A stretch of 64,000 nucleotides of DNA from a bacterium (GTDB taxonomy: Bacteria; Fidelibacterota; Fidelibacteria; Fidelibacterales; Fidelibacteraceae): NCBI GenBank assembly GCA_963676395.1, contig OY781066.1, forward strand, positions 992,001 through 1,056,000, given 5' to 3'. Shown piece by piece: positions 17,460 to 27,078 of this stretch (position 1 is the first letter of the stretch; the number at the start of each line of letters is the position of its first letter). The notes below the pieces were generated by a model. The model did no database searches. It saw nothing but the letters and a program-made list of their open reading frames with translations, and was not told the origin of the DNA. The position numbers and the translations under genes are program-made.

Positions 17460-19368
17460 CTTATTTGTAAATCGATTATTAATTTATACCGAAGAGGGTC
17501 GAATAGCTTACGATGAAGAATTCCATAAAGGTATAAACATTATTAGAGGACATAATAGTAGCGGAAAATCCACAATTACTCATTTTATATTTTTTGCATT
17601 AGGGGGTGCTTTCAATAATTTTGTTCCAGAAGCCAAAAAATGTTCTACTGTATATATTGAAATTGAAGTCAACAATGCGGTCATTTCCCTTAAGAGAAAT
17701 ATTGAGAAAGATATTTATGATAAAATTAATTCGAAATCATCTTTATACTTTTATTGGGGTTCCTTAGAAAAAGGATTAAGAAGTAGTAAGGATTGGTATA
17801 AATTTGGTTATAACTCAACCAAGAATACAAAGAGTTTTTCAAATGTGCTTTTTGAAAACATGGATTTACCTATAATATATGCTGATAATAATATAACTTT
17901 TTATCAAATTTTACGACTCTTGTATATTGATCAAGAATCTCCAACAAGTTCTTTATTTTATTATGATCAATTTGATAGTCAAATTACCAGAGAAACAGTA
18001 TCAGAAATATTATTAGGATTATATAGCAATGATCTTTACACAAAAAAAATGAGATTGAGAACAGCGAGAAAGGAACTTGAAAGTATAAATGATGAAATTA
18101 GAGTTACAAAACGATTTTTCAAGGACCCGAACTCACTTGACTCTGGGTTCTTAGAAAGTAAAATCAAGAGCCTAGAAGAACAAATATCCTCTATTGATAA
18201 TCAAATAACAAATATTCGTAATGGAAATAAAACCGTTGAATTTAAAAAAACCTCTAAGATGGAATTTGAAAATATTGAAGGCGAAATAATAAATACAAGA
18301 AAACATCTCACTGAAACAAAAAATAAAATTGCAACACTAAATAGTGAAATTGAGGATACAAGCTACTTTATCTATACTTTAAAAAGTAAAATTGAAGCGT
18401 TAAGAAATTCAATCAAAACAAGAAATTTTTTAGATAATATTGATATTGAATTTTGTCCAAAATGTTTATCAAAAATAGATTCTAAAGCAAATATTGGGCA
18501 ATGTAATTTATGTAAACAAGAAATTAGTATAGATAATACTGGAGAAGCTGAAGCAAGAAAGATTGAACAAGAAATTAGTTTTCAAATACTTGAATCAACT
18601 CAAATTCTTGAAAAGATTCAAAGAGAACGTATAGATTATAAATCTGTGTATAAAGGAATTCAAGCTAAGTTGTTTGTCCTTCAACAGAAACAAAACTCTA
18701 TTATCAAAGATGTAAAATCATATCAACAAGAAGTACTTGACAGTCTTTTTACTAAAAAAGGGTTTATTGAAGGAGAATCTTTACAGTATCGAACCATGCT
18801 TGAAAAAGCTACATTATATGACGAATTGCTTGACATTAAATACTCCTTAAAAAAAGAAATTGAGTTACTGGATAAACAAATTTTACAAATTGAATTTACT
18901 CAAAACAGGCTCAAAGTTAGAATAAATGATACGATCAAAAAAGAAGCTCTTTATTTACTAAATAATGATTTAAATCGGCAAGATGAGTTTCGCAATGCAA
19001 GTGAATTCTATATTAATTATTCAAATAATATCGCTTTTTTATCAAGTAAGTATGCAAAATACTCAGCAAGCTCTAATTTTTACCTGAAAATCACTGCGCG
19101 TTTTGCAATATTTTTAGCATCCCTATCTATTCCTGAAATGAGATTTCCTAGATTTATATTTGCTGATAATATGGAAGATAAAGGAATTGAAATAGGAAGA
19201 GCTCAAAATCTTCAAAAAGTTTTAATAAAACGTTTAAATGAGTTTGATTCCAAAAATTATCAATTGATATACACTACCTCGTATATTACAGATGAGCTTA
19301 ATGAGAGTCCTTATGTCGTAGGTGAATTTTATACTGAAACTAATCGGAGTCTTAAAAATATTTCATAA
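17446..19368 (+). CDS. lmuB: SMC/Rad50-like ABC ATPase of the ABC-3C (Lamassu-like) system
   Basis: Walker A GHNSSGKST, YIDQ Q-loop, long coiled coils with CPKC...CNLC zinc motif, YSASS signature, FIFADNMEDKG Walker B. Confidence 0.85.
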   Translation: MMQNNLFVNRLLIYTEEGRIAYDEEFHKGINIIRGHNSSGKSTITHFIFFALGGAFNNFVPEAKKCSTVYIEIEVNNAVISLKRNIEKDIYDKINSKSSLYFYWGSLEKGLRSSKDWYKFGYNSTKNTKSFSNVLFENMDLPIIYADNNITFYQILRLLYIDQESPTSSLFYYDQFDSQITRETVSEILLGLYSNDLYTKKMRLRTARKELESINDEIRVTKRFFKDPNSLDSGFLESKIKSLEEQISSIDNQITNIRNGNKTVEFKKTSKMEFENIEGEIINTRKHLTETKNKIATLNSEIEDTSYFIYTLKSKIEALRNSIKTRNFLDNIDIEFCPKCLSKIDSKANIGQCNLCKQEISIDNTGEAEARKIEQEISFQILESTQILEKIQRERIDYKSVYKGIQAKLFVLQQKQNSIIKDVKSYQQEVLDSLFTKKGFIEGESLQYRTMLEKATLYDELLDIKYSLKKEIELLDKQILQIEFTQNRLKVRINDTIKKEALYLLNNDLNRQDEFRNASEFYINYSNNIAFLSSKYAKYSASSNFYLKITARFAIFLASLSIPEMRFPRFIFADNMEDKGIEIGRAQNLQKVLIKRLNEFDSKNYQLIYTTSYITDELNESPYVVGEFYTETNRSLKNIS

Positions 19369-19615
19369 AATGATTTATTTTATTCTAAATTTGGCACATA
19401 CTGGTTGAGAACTAATTAATGGTGACAATCAAAATATTTTCCCTATATAACATTATACTCGAAAAAAAACATCACTTAGGTCAAAACTCCTAAATATTGT
19501 ATGTTATTTTTTCTAAAATACATAGAGACGATTCTATCAAGTGCCCGTAAAGCAGTAGTATATATAAACTTGTAACTGGTAACTAGAAATTAAATACCAT
19601 TCAAAGGTTATATAT

Positions 19616-19681
19616 CTTTTCAATCCTTGATTCCCACCCCACCATTATTTATATTCATTTAGCCGAGAGGCTGTGTGGCAC
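19616..19681 (+). repeat. Family 2 promoter/leader repeat; 32 bp identical to 13260-13291
   Basis: TATATTCATTTAGCCGAGAGGCTGTGTGGCAC at 19650-19681 and 13260-13291. Confidence 0.85.
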
Positions 19682-20048
19682 TTTCTAGTAACTAGTGACC
19701 ATCCTTCGCTGAAGCTACGGCCGGCAGGCAAAGGACAATCATCTGTGCTTGCCGGGCGACTCCGCCAGCTGGCGGAGTAGACTGGAAATCTATGGATAGA
19801 TATTGTATTTAACTTTCCCAAATGAAAACCCCAAATTACACTTGGTTTAAATTATAAAAATATGCAGCGAGAATCGTAAATAGAACCCAAAATTTCGATT
19901 TCATAATAGAAACTCCATCTGTTAAGCGAACGTCGACAAAACTCGATAATAATCAATGTTAATAAATATTAAGTATAATAGTATTTGTTGTCAAGCGACA
20001 ATTTTATATATTATTTAACAATAGTAAAATAATATTCGAGGACACAAG

Positions 20049-21053
20049 ATGAAAAAATCACTATGCTTATTGATCATACTCAGCTTATTTCTCTCTGCTT
20101 GCCTTTTTACACCGCCAGCAAGTGACGAAACCTTTGGCATTTATATGTTACAAAATAAAAACCTGGATATTTATGATGATCTTGAGGATGAAGTGCTCAG
20201 CAAACCTTTGGACTCCGCGGCGGTACTCACAGCGGCGGACATTGATTTTTATGATTGGTCCTCCCATTGCATCTACCTAAAAAACAACAAAGACCAACTC
20301 AAGGAACGCCTGTTGGATGACCGTGGCTTTTTAGTCAAGAACCCAGGGGCGGCCTTTGTTGTCAGTACCAATGGTGCTTCACAATACTATGGCTGTTTTC
20401 ACAGTCTGATCATGAACCTTGCGCCAACAACACCAACTATCGATGAAATGTCACTTACTTATTATCCAGAGGATGTTCTGTCTATTGGCAGATCCTGGAT
20501 CAGCGACGATCTTGATACCCGAAATAACGACGATGTAAAACAAGCCTTGATCAATGCCGGATTGTTCCATGCGGGGATCTCGGTGGAGATTGATACGGCT
20601 TTTGGACTGAATTTCTATCCGTTTGCCGGTGATTCCTCACAAATGGAGTATCGTTTTATTATTAGCAACCATGACGAGGATGCGCTCTATGTGCTGGATC
20701 CTGACAAAATTGGCACGGAACTTTTCTTTTACTTCAATGTGGCACCATCGATCTATAATTTGGATACCGACGCTTATCTGCATCCCAATCACAGTTACGA
20801 CCCGAGCATGACGCCCGATACCAGCAATTTTGATAATTTGAATTGGTACACCCTGCTGTCCTCCGGAGAATCGATAACCCGAACTGTCCGCACAGGCAAC
20901 TATACCAATGTCACTGCCGGTCGCTACGAACTTGCGCTAGATTATAGCACCCCGATTAACACCCTGAGACAAGCACGCCGAAATAAACCCCTTGGCAGAA
21001 TATGGATCGGGAATGTAAAATCTGACAAATACATATTGAGTGTTGAGTTGTAA
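20049..21053 (+). CDS. Hypothetical lipoprotein, paralogue of 25229-26254
   Basis: LSAC lipobox; DIDFYDWSSHCIYL and LYVLDPDKIGTELF motifs shared with the paralogue. Confidence 0.8.
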   Translation: MKKSLCLLIILSLFLSACLFTPPASDETFGIYMLQNKNLDIYDDLEDEVLSKPLDSAAVLTAADIDFYDWSSHCIYLKNNKDQLKERLLDDRGFLVKNPGAAFVVSTNGASQYYGCFHSLIMNLAPTTPTIDEMSLTYYPEDVLSIGRSWISDDLDTRNNDDVKQALINAGLFHAGISVEIDTAFGLNFYPFAGDSSQMEYRFIISNHDEDALYVLDPDKIGTELFFYFNVAPSIYNLDTDAYLHPNHSYDPSMTPDTSNFDNLNWYTLLSSGESITRTVRTGNYTNVTAGRYELALDYSTPINTLRQARRNKPLGRIWIGNVKSDKYILSVEL

Positions 21054-21094
21054 GAGGCGAGTAACTGAAAAAATACAAGAATCTGAAAGCCACG

Positions 21095-21247
21095 GTGAAA
21101 TAACTTATACCCATATGCATTTTCATGATATTCATATCATGTTTTATGCCCCGCTCAGAAACCATGCTCTCTGATTGCCCTCTCACACCTGTGGCTTATC
21201 AATATTACGATTTTTCGTACCGGGGTACAGATCTTTACAAGAATTGA
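21095..21247 (+). pseudogene. Truncated 5' fragment paralogous to lipoprotein 5874-6329
   Basis: GTG AAA TAA then LIPICIFMIFISCFMPRSETMLSDCPLTPVAYQYYDFSY, versus SCHMPIPEPTLSELPLNPVAYEHYDFSY. Confidence 0.75.
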
Positions 21248-21423
21248 ACGTTAGTCTCTTGCATCCCTATTGATTTAATATCTTAATAATTTTGTCATTC
21301 GGCTAATGGGACCCGGTTCGTTATCAACTATTCATTGTAAATCTTTGCTATCACAACGTTTACTGTTTAAATTATTCTGCCGGTTTGGTAAACACAACTT
21401 AGTCACCTGACGGAGCCTGACAC

Positions 21424-22281
21424 ATGGATTTTCTTACATACGCGATCATTATATTTTTGGTCTTGGAAACCGCTAACGTTCTTATGTTATATTTTACACC
21501 GGGAACTCAGCGGGGTAATGGTCTTGGCGTATTTAAAGCCTATGAAGAATCAAAATCTGACCCCGACGTCCATGCTCTGGTAAAATATTTGATCAACTGG
21601 GTTGCCAATACAAAGTTAATCTTTATTGCCATCATGATCGTCATTATCGTGGTTGGAAATGATCACACAAAACTCTATGCCGTTGGTGCTCTTTGTATTT
21701 CTATTTCAGCCTACTATTTTTCTTTGTACCCCAATATCAAACGACTTGATGAAGCGGGCAAGATAACACCCCGTGGTTATTCAAGAACACTGTCTTACAT
21801 GATCACAGCCTTTCTTGCTATCTTTTGTCTTGCCATTATTTGGGTAGCTTTACCCAAGCTAAATAATAAACCGCTTACTATCAATGGTAGTTGGCGACTT
21901 ATCCATAGCGTTGAAATAACTGAGCAAGATACAAGTGTAACCATCTATGAAGAAGGTCGCGAATTGTATAAAATCATCAATACGGCACATTTTTCATTTC
22001 TTGAACATGATCCCAGTCTCCGACTGAACGGCATCCCCTACTTTATTGTTGGTGGTGGCCGATATACGTGCAAAGGTCAAACCTATACCGAATGTATCGA
22101 TTATTGCAGTGACCCCACGCTTCAAAATACCACGACCGTTTATGATATTGAAATAGTCGAAGATACCCTCAAATTGAAAAATATCGAAATTATGGAGAAA
22201 AACGGGGTTGACCGCTTGACGATCAAAACCTACTTAAAGATCCCGGAAGAAGCTTGTAAAGACATAAACTTAGCCAAATGA
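21424..22281 (+). CDS. Membrane protein with C-terminal lipocalin-like domain
   Basis: About 4 TM helices followed by INGSWRL...GGGRYT..G.TYTE. Confidence 0.65.
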   Translation: MDFLTYAIIIFLVLETANVLMLYFTPGTQRGNGLGVFKAYEESKSDPDVHALVKYLINWVANTKLIFIAIMIVIIVVGNDHTKLYAVGALCISISAYYFSLYPNIKRLDEAGKITPRGYSRTLSYMITAFLAIFCLAIIWVALPKLNNKPLTINGSWRLIHSVEITEQDTSVTIYEEGRELYKIINTAHFSFLEHDPSLRLNGIPYFIVGGGRYTCKGQTYTECIDYCSDPTLQNTTTVYDIEIVEDTLKLKNIEIMEKNGVDRLTIKTYLKIPEEACKDINLAK

Positions 22282-22416
22282 TCACATCTTGCAAAAACAC
22301 ATTACGACTTTATTATATTTTATAAACCATTTTGTATATCTGAATATTTTTCCGAAACATTCCTCATATAAAAAACCTATATAAAGTGTAACATTAAATC
22401 ATCTCGGAGTAAAAAT

Positions 22417-23148
22417 ATGAAAAAAAATCTCTCGTCATTATTAATTGGTGTCTCCATCGTTCTGGCGGCCCTCATTTTAGCCAGTGCATTTTTAAACCGT
22501 AATGCCGCAAGCGAAACCATTTCGGTTACCGGCTTAAGCAAAGTTGATTTTACTTCGGACCTCATCGTGTGGGAAGCTTCTTTTAATAAAAACAATTATG
22601 ATCTTAAAAAAGCCTATACAGAGCTAGATAAAGATAAAGAAATCGTACTGGATTATCTTAAAAGCAAAGGTATCAGCGAAGATGAAATCGTTTTTTCTGC
22701 CGTAAACACACGGCGTAACACTCGCTCTAATTATTCAGACGATGGTAAATATATTGGCGATAAATTTACCGGGTATACACTGACCCAAAAAGTAGAGATC
22801 CAATCCAAAAAAGTCGAAGATGTTGAAAAGATCTCACGCGAGATCACCGAACTTCTCTTTAAAGGTGTTCAACTCTACTCCTACTCACCTCGTTATTATT
22901 ATACAAAATTATCCGACCTAAAAGTTGAGATGATCTCAAAAGCTACCCAAAATGCCAGACTACGTGCCGAAATGATCTCCGACAATTCTAATGCTAAACT
23001 TGGTAAACTATCTTCGGCAAAAATGGGCGTTTTCCAAATTACCGGTCAAAACTCAAACGAAAACTACTCATGGGGCGGCACATTTAATACCTCTTCCAGA
23101 GAAAAAACCGCTTCTATTACCGTAAAGTTGACTTACAGATCAAAATAA
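22417..23148 (+). CDS. SIMPL (DUF541) domain protein
   Basis: TISVTG, A..RAE.I, LGKL.SA.MGVFQITG motifs. Confidence 0.85.
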   Translation: MKKNLSSLLIGVSIVLAALILASAFLNRNAASETISVTGLSKVDFTSDLIVWEASFNKNNYDLKKAYTELDKDKEIVLDYLKSKGISEDEIVFSAVNTRRNTRSNYSDDGKYIGDKFTGYTLTQKVEIQSKKVEDVEKISREITELLFKGVQLYSYSPRYYYTKLSDLKVEMISKATQNARLRAEMISDNSNAKLGKLSSAKMGVFQITGQNSNENYSWGGTFNTSSREKTASITVKLTYRSK

Positions 23149-23186
23149 TAAACTGACCTTATTAATTTAAATCAGTAAAAACAATG

Positions 23187-23209
23187 AAGGCGCAGAAATT
23201 GCGCCTTTT
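23187..23209 (+). terminator. Rho-independent terminator
   Basis: AAGGCGCA-gaaat-TGCGCCTT followed by T-rich sequence. Confidence 0.7.
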
Positions 23210-23295
23210 GATTTTTAGGATAAATAAAAAATCATTTCCTTTATATAAATATTTGCCTTAATATATATCGTTAACAACTAATCAAGAGGCAGGTT

Positions 23296-24111
23296 ATGGA
23301 TAAAATGCGAAATAAAATTGATATTCATTTCCCGACACTCATTGCGATTTCCGTAATTGCATATATTTTGGCAGTCATTTCTTACCAATTTTTGGGACAG
23401 GCTATCGCCGTATTGTTGGTTAAAGGAAGGCTTTTAGAAGTATCTTCAACTTTCGTTCAATATGAGTTGGCGGCTAGAAACACGTTTCAAAGCAAATACA
23501 TTGCTTCCGCTGGATTTGCTGTTACCTTTTTTATTTCCGGAATTGCAGTTGTACTTCTTCAAATGCGAGCAAAACGCGATAATATAAAATACTTCCACTG
23601 GGTATTTATGACGGTAAACCTTTTAATGGCCATCAGTTGTTTTTTATTCTCTGGTCTTACCGGTTTAGGAGATTGGCATATCTTAATTGAAAGCAGCGAT
23701 ATGTATATCCTCTGGCGCTTAATGTATATTTTTGGAGGATTCTCCCTCTATATCATTGCTGTTGTCATGCCAATGAACCGACTTAATACCTATATAGGCC
23801 GTGATTCGCTAAGATCTTTGCGTGGCTTTTATTTAACCTTCGTCCCATTTATTACCGGTAGTTTAGCTGTAAGTTTACCCGGCTTTTTAAACAGCAAATC
23901 AATGAATTTGGCTTTTACCATGGGTGCATTCATCATTTTTGGCACCTCTGCCATGGCGTGGATGAGTCAATTATTTAAAACAAACATATATCCCCCTGAA
24001 CGCGGAGGTGATATTTTAGTGATCACCCCCTCAAAGAAATGGATTATTGCTGCGATCATTCTTTTCATTCTATATACCATCTTCTTCGGTTTCGGGATGA
24101 AATTCTCATAA
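23296..24111 (+). CDS. Integral membrane protein
   Basis: About 7 hydrophobic segments, GDW motif. Confidence 0.75.
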   Translation: MDKMRNKIDIHFPTLIAISVIAYILAVISYQFLGQAIAVLLVKGRLLEVSSTFVQYELAARNTFQSKYIASAGFAVTFFISGIAVVLLQMRAKRDNIKYFHWVFMTVNLLMAISCFLFSGLTGLGDWHILIESSDMYILWRLMYIFGGFSLYIIAVVMPMNRLNTYIGRDSLRSLRGFYLTFVPFITGSLAVSLPGFLNSKSMNLAFTMGAFIIFGTSAMAWMSQLFKTNIYPPERGGDILVITPSKKWIIAAIILFILYTIFFGFGMKFS

Positions 24112-24121
24112 GCCATATAAC

Positions 24122-25132
24122 ATGAACATATTAATTATCGGTGGAACCGGTTTAATTGGCTCTGCTTCAGCACAAGAACTAATTAAACGCGGGCATCAAG
24201 TCAGTACGCTTGCCTTGCCTCCTCTTCCCAAGAATGCCAAATTTCCCGCAGAATTAAAAATCCGCTTTGGGGATATGTTTAAGCTTAGCGATAAGGAACT
24301 TATCAAAAAAATGCACGGGTTCGATGCGCTTGTATTTGCTGCCGGTGTTGATGAACGTGTTCATTTCCCAAAACCTTCCTATGATCATTTCAAAAAATTC
24401 AATGTTGATATTCTCGTTCGTTTACTCACATTGGCTAAAGCTTGTGACATTCGCAAAGCGCTGATATGTGGGTCATATTTTTCTTATTTTGATAAAAAAT
24501 GGCCGCATTTAAAATTAGAGCAACATCACCCCTATATCCGATCCAGACGAGAGCAAGAAAGGCGGGCAATGGCCTTTAACGATGCATCGTTTTCAGTTTC
24601 GGTCCTGGAATTACCTTATATCTTTGGCATACAAGCCGGAAGAGAGCCGGTTTGGACCATTCTTGCCAAACAAATATCCGGCATGAAATTTTTTACTTTT
24701 TATCCCCGGGGAGGTACCGCTATGCTAACGCTCAAACAAACAGCGCAGGCCGTAGCGGGGGCAATTGAAAACGATCGAGGTGGAAAAACATATCCTGTAG
24801 GTTGGTTTAATATGAACTGGAAAGAGATGTTGAGCATTTTTCATAAAGCAATGGGGAAAGCAAACAGAAAGGTTATTACCGTGCCCGATATCTTTGTACG
24901 CATGAAATTTAAACAAATACAAAAATCACTTGAAAAACAAAGCATTGAGCCGGGTTTACACCTACCCGAATTTACAAAATTAATGTGCCGTGAACTTTTT
25001 ATCGATAAAGCTACCATTCAACATGAGCTTGGTGTGCAAGATGACGATATATATGCTGCGATCGCAGATTCAGCTATGCTTTCATTAAAAGCTATAAAGA
25101 AAGATCTGCATTTATTGACCATGCAACACTAA
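24122..25132 (+). CDS. NAD-dependent epimerase/dehydratase family protein
   Basis: GGTGLIG Rossmann motif, extended SDR length. Confidence 0.85.
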   Translation: MNILIIGGTGLIGSASAQELIKRGHQVSTLALPPLPKNAKFPAELKIRFGDMFKLSDKELIKKMHGFDALVFAAGVDERVHFPKPSYDHFKKFNVDILVRLLTLAKACDIRKALICGSYFSYFDKKWPHLKLEQHHPYIRSRREQERRAMAFNDASFSVSVLELPYIFGIQAGREPVWTILAKQISGMKFFTFYPRGGTAMLTLKQTAQAVAGAIENDRGGKTYPVGWFNMNWKEMLSIFHKAMGKANRKVITVPDIFVRMKFKQIQKSLEKQSIEPGLHLPEFTKLMCRELFIDKATIQHELGVQDDDIYAAIADSAMLSLKAIKKDLHLLTMQH

Positions 25133-25228
25133 AAAACACTTTAAATATTTATTGAATTAATTCTTTTTATGGAAGAACTTTGGCTATGAAAGATAAATGT
25201 AAAAACATATGTTTAAATCGGAGCACGA

Positions 25229-26254
25229 ATGAAGATATTTAAATTCCCTTTCTATATTATAATTCTATTGCTGTTTACCTCTTGTATAAAACCCCCTATC
25301 CCCCAACCGGTGGAAAACACGATTGCCTATTACTTTTTACAAAATCCCGAACAACATACAAATCATTTGGATAGCTTGCTGCTTTGTGAGGACCCATGGT
25401 TAACTCATGATGATATTGAGCTTTACGACTGGTCCTCGCATACCATTCATTTGAATAAAAACAAATACGAACTGCTAGACGAATACTTTTCCGGGGATAC
25501 GTTGATCTATCCTCTTAAAGAGCAAGCATTTGTGATATGCGTCAATGATTCTGCTGTTCAAAAAGGTAGCATTACACCTTTTTTTCGTGCGGGATCCCCC
25601 GATCATCCCTGTATCACCGAGATAGAATTAAGGCTCTTCCCTAAAGATCAGTTATCATATTTTTATCCTTTGAATTATGAAAACGATAAACGAAACAATG
25701 ATAAATTGAAAAAAGCATTGGAAAACCTGGAGCTTTTACATCAGGGACTTGAGGTGGAGTTGGATAAAGTTTATGGCATACATTTTAAAGATGTCAATGG
25801 CACAAAAAGTATATCTTATCAGATCAAAGTCAAAAACAACGACGAAAATGATCTGTATATCTTAGATCCGGAGAAAATCGGTTCAGATCTTTTTAGACAC
25901 TATAACAATACGATTCACTTTGAAGCATTGGATGGGCAAAGCGATGCCACCTGCTCTGATTATCCTGCAGTAGATAATCCACCGGATAGCAGTCAACATG
26001 CAAACCTTAACATGTATCAATGCCTGGCTTCCGGAGATTCCTGCTCGTTAAAGATCAATGTTGATCATTACTCAAACTTTCAAAATGGTCGATATGCCTT
26101 TTATCTTTGGTATTGCTCACCATTAGAGGCAATGGATCATAGCAAGATCATTTTAGAGGATGCCCGAATTTGGACCGGATGGATGTGGCTGCCATATTAT
26201 GAAATGACGTATACGGGTGATAGCATTGCGCAGGTTATTGAAATGGAGCTTTGA
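25229..26254 (+). CDS. Hypothetical lipoprotein, paralogue of 20049-21053
   Basis: FTSC lipobox; DIELYDWSSHTIHL, LYILDPEKIGSDLF. Confidence 0.8.
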   Translation: MKIFKFPFYIIILLLFTSCIKPPIPQPVENTIAYYFLQNPEQHTNHLDSLLLCEDPWLTHDDIELYDWSSHTIHLNKNKYELLDEYFSGDTLIYPLKEQAFVICVNDSAVQKGSITPFFRAGSPDHPCITEIELRLFPKDQLSYFYPLNYENDKRNNDKLKKALENLELLHQGLEVELDKVYGIHFKDVNGTKSISYQIKVKNNDENDLYILDPEKIGSDLFRHYNNTIHFEALDGQSDATCSDYPAVDNPPDSSQHANLNMYQCLASGDSCSLKINVDHYSNFQNGRYAFYLWYCSPLEAMDHSKIILEDARIWTGWMWLPYYEMTYTGDSIAQVIEMEL

Positions 26255-26350
26255 GATATAACACCCACAACATCAATGGAACCCGTCAATAATTATAAAT
26301 TATGTATCATAAATGAATAGCCTTAGATTTTTTCTTCCCCGATATATAGG

Positions 26351-26929
26351 CTAATACGAATTGTATTTATCTTCCCAGCGAATGATTCGCCATTTGCCGT
26401 CATTTCCTTTTCGAAAACGAAAATCCGCATTCCCGATCAAGGTTGTGTAATCTCCAAGTGTCAACTGATAACTTTTAGAAATATCGGCATAGTTTGCCAA
26501 TTCAAACAAGGAATCACGCTCAGATAAGATCTCATCTCCCTGCATTTCATAAAATGAGCTGTCCAAAGTCGTTTGCCAGATAAGATCGATATAATTAAAA
26601 GCCGACAAAAAACGGCCTGTCGTCTTTAATTCTACAGAGCGCATCCAAGAATCGTAGTGCCCGGTTCCCGAACCCTCACCCGGCTGATAATAAACAAAAA
26701 CAAATTCCGAATCAATGAGATTTGAATAGATAAGAGAATCACGATAAATATAAGCATACTTAAAGTTATGTAAGACATCTGCGGGTGTTGCCTGATCACT
26801 GCGATAAATAGAATTACCTCCATCAAGATTACCCAGTGCCGGGGCAAAGATATTATTGCAAGCGCTTATCGCCAAAAGTGATAAGACCAATAAAAAATAA
26901 ACCGCAAATGTAAATCGCTTTAAACACAT
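26351..26929 (-). CDS. Hypothetical lipoprotein (NTF2-like), start approximate
   Basis: ISAC lipobox; NFKYAY.YRDSL.Y..L, WRIIRWED. Confidence 0.7.
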   Translation of the reverse strand: MCLKRFTFAVYFLLVLSLLAISACNNIFAPALGNLDGGNSIYRSDQATPADVLHNFKYAYIYRDSLIYSNLIDSEFVFVYYQPGEGSGTGHYDSWMRSVELKTTGRFLSAFNYIDLIWQTTLDSSFYEMQGDEILSERDSLFELANYADISKSYQLTLGDYTTLIGNADFRFRKGNDGKWRIIRWEDKYNSY

Positions 26930-27078
26930 ATGAGAATATACGAGGGAATTTAATACAGCACAAAGAAGAATTCCATATTCCATTATCATCTAAATATTGA
27001 GACAGCGTCTCAATTATATTCTTTTCATTGTCATAATTTTTTATTATATATTCTATTGAAATCAAAAGGAAGTAAATC

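Noticed and set aside
5400..21300. Integron cassette array or prophage
   Set aside because: No integrase, transposase or phage structural genes recognised; the junction repeats carry promoters and do not show a consistent attC RYYYAAC...GTTRRRY layout
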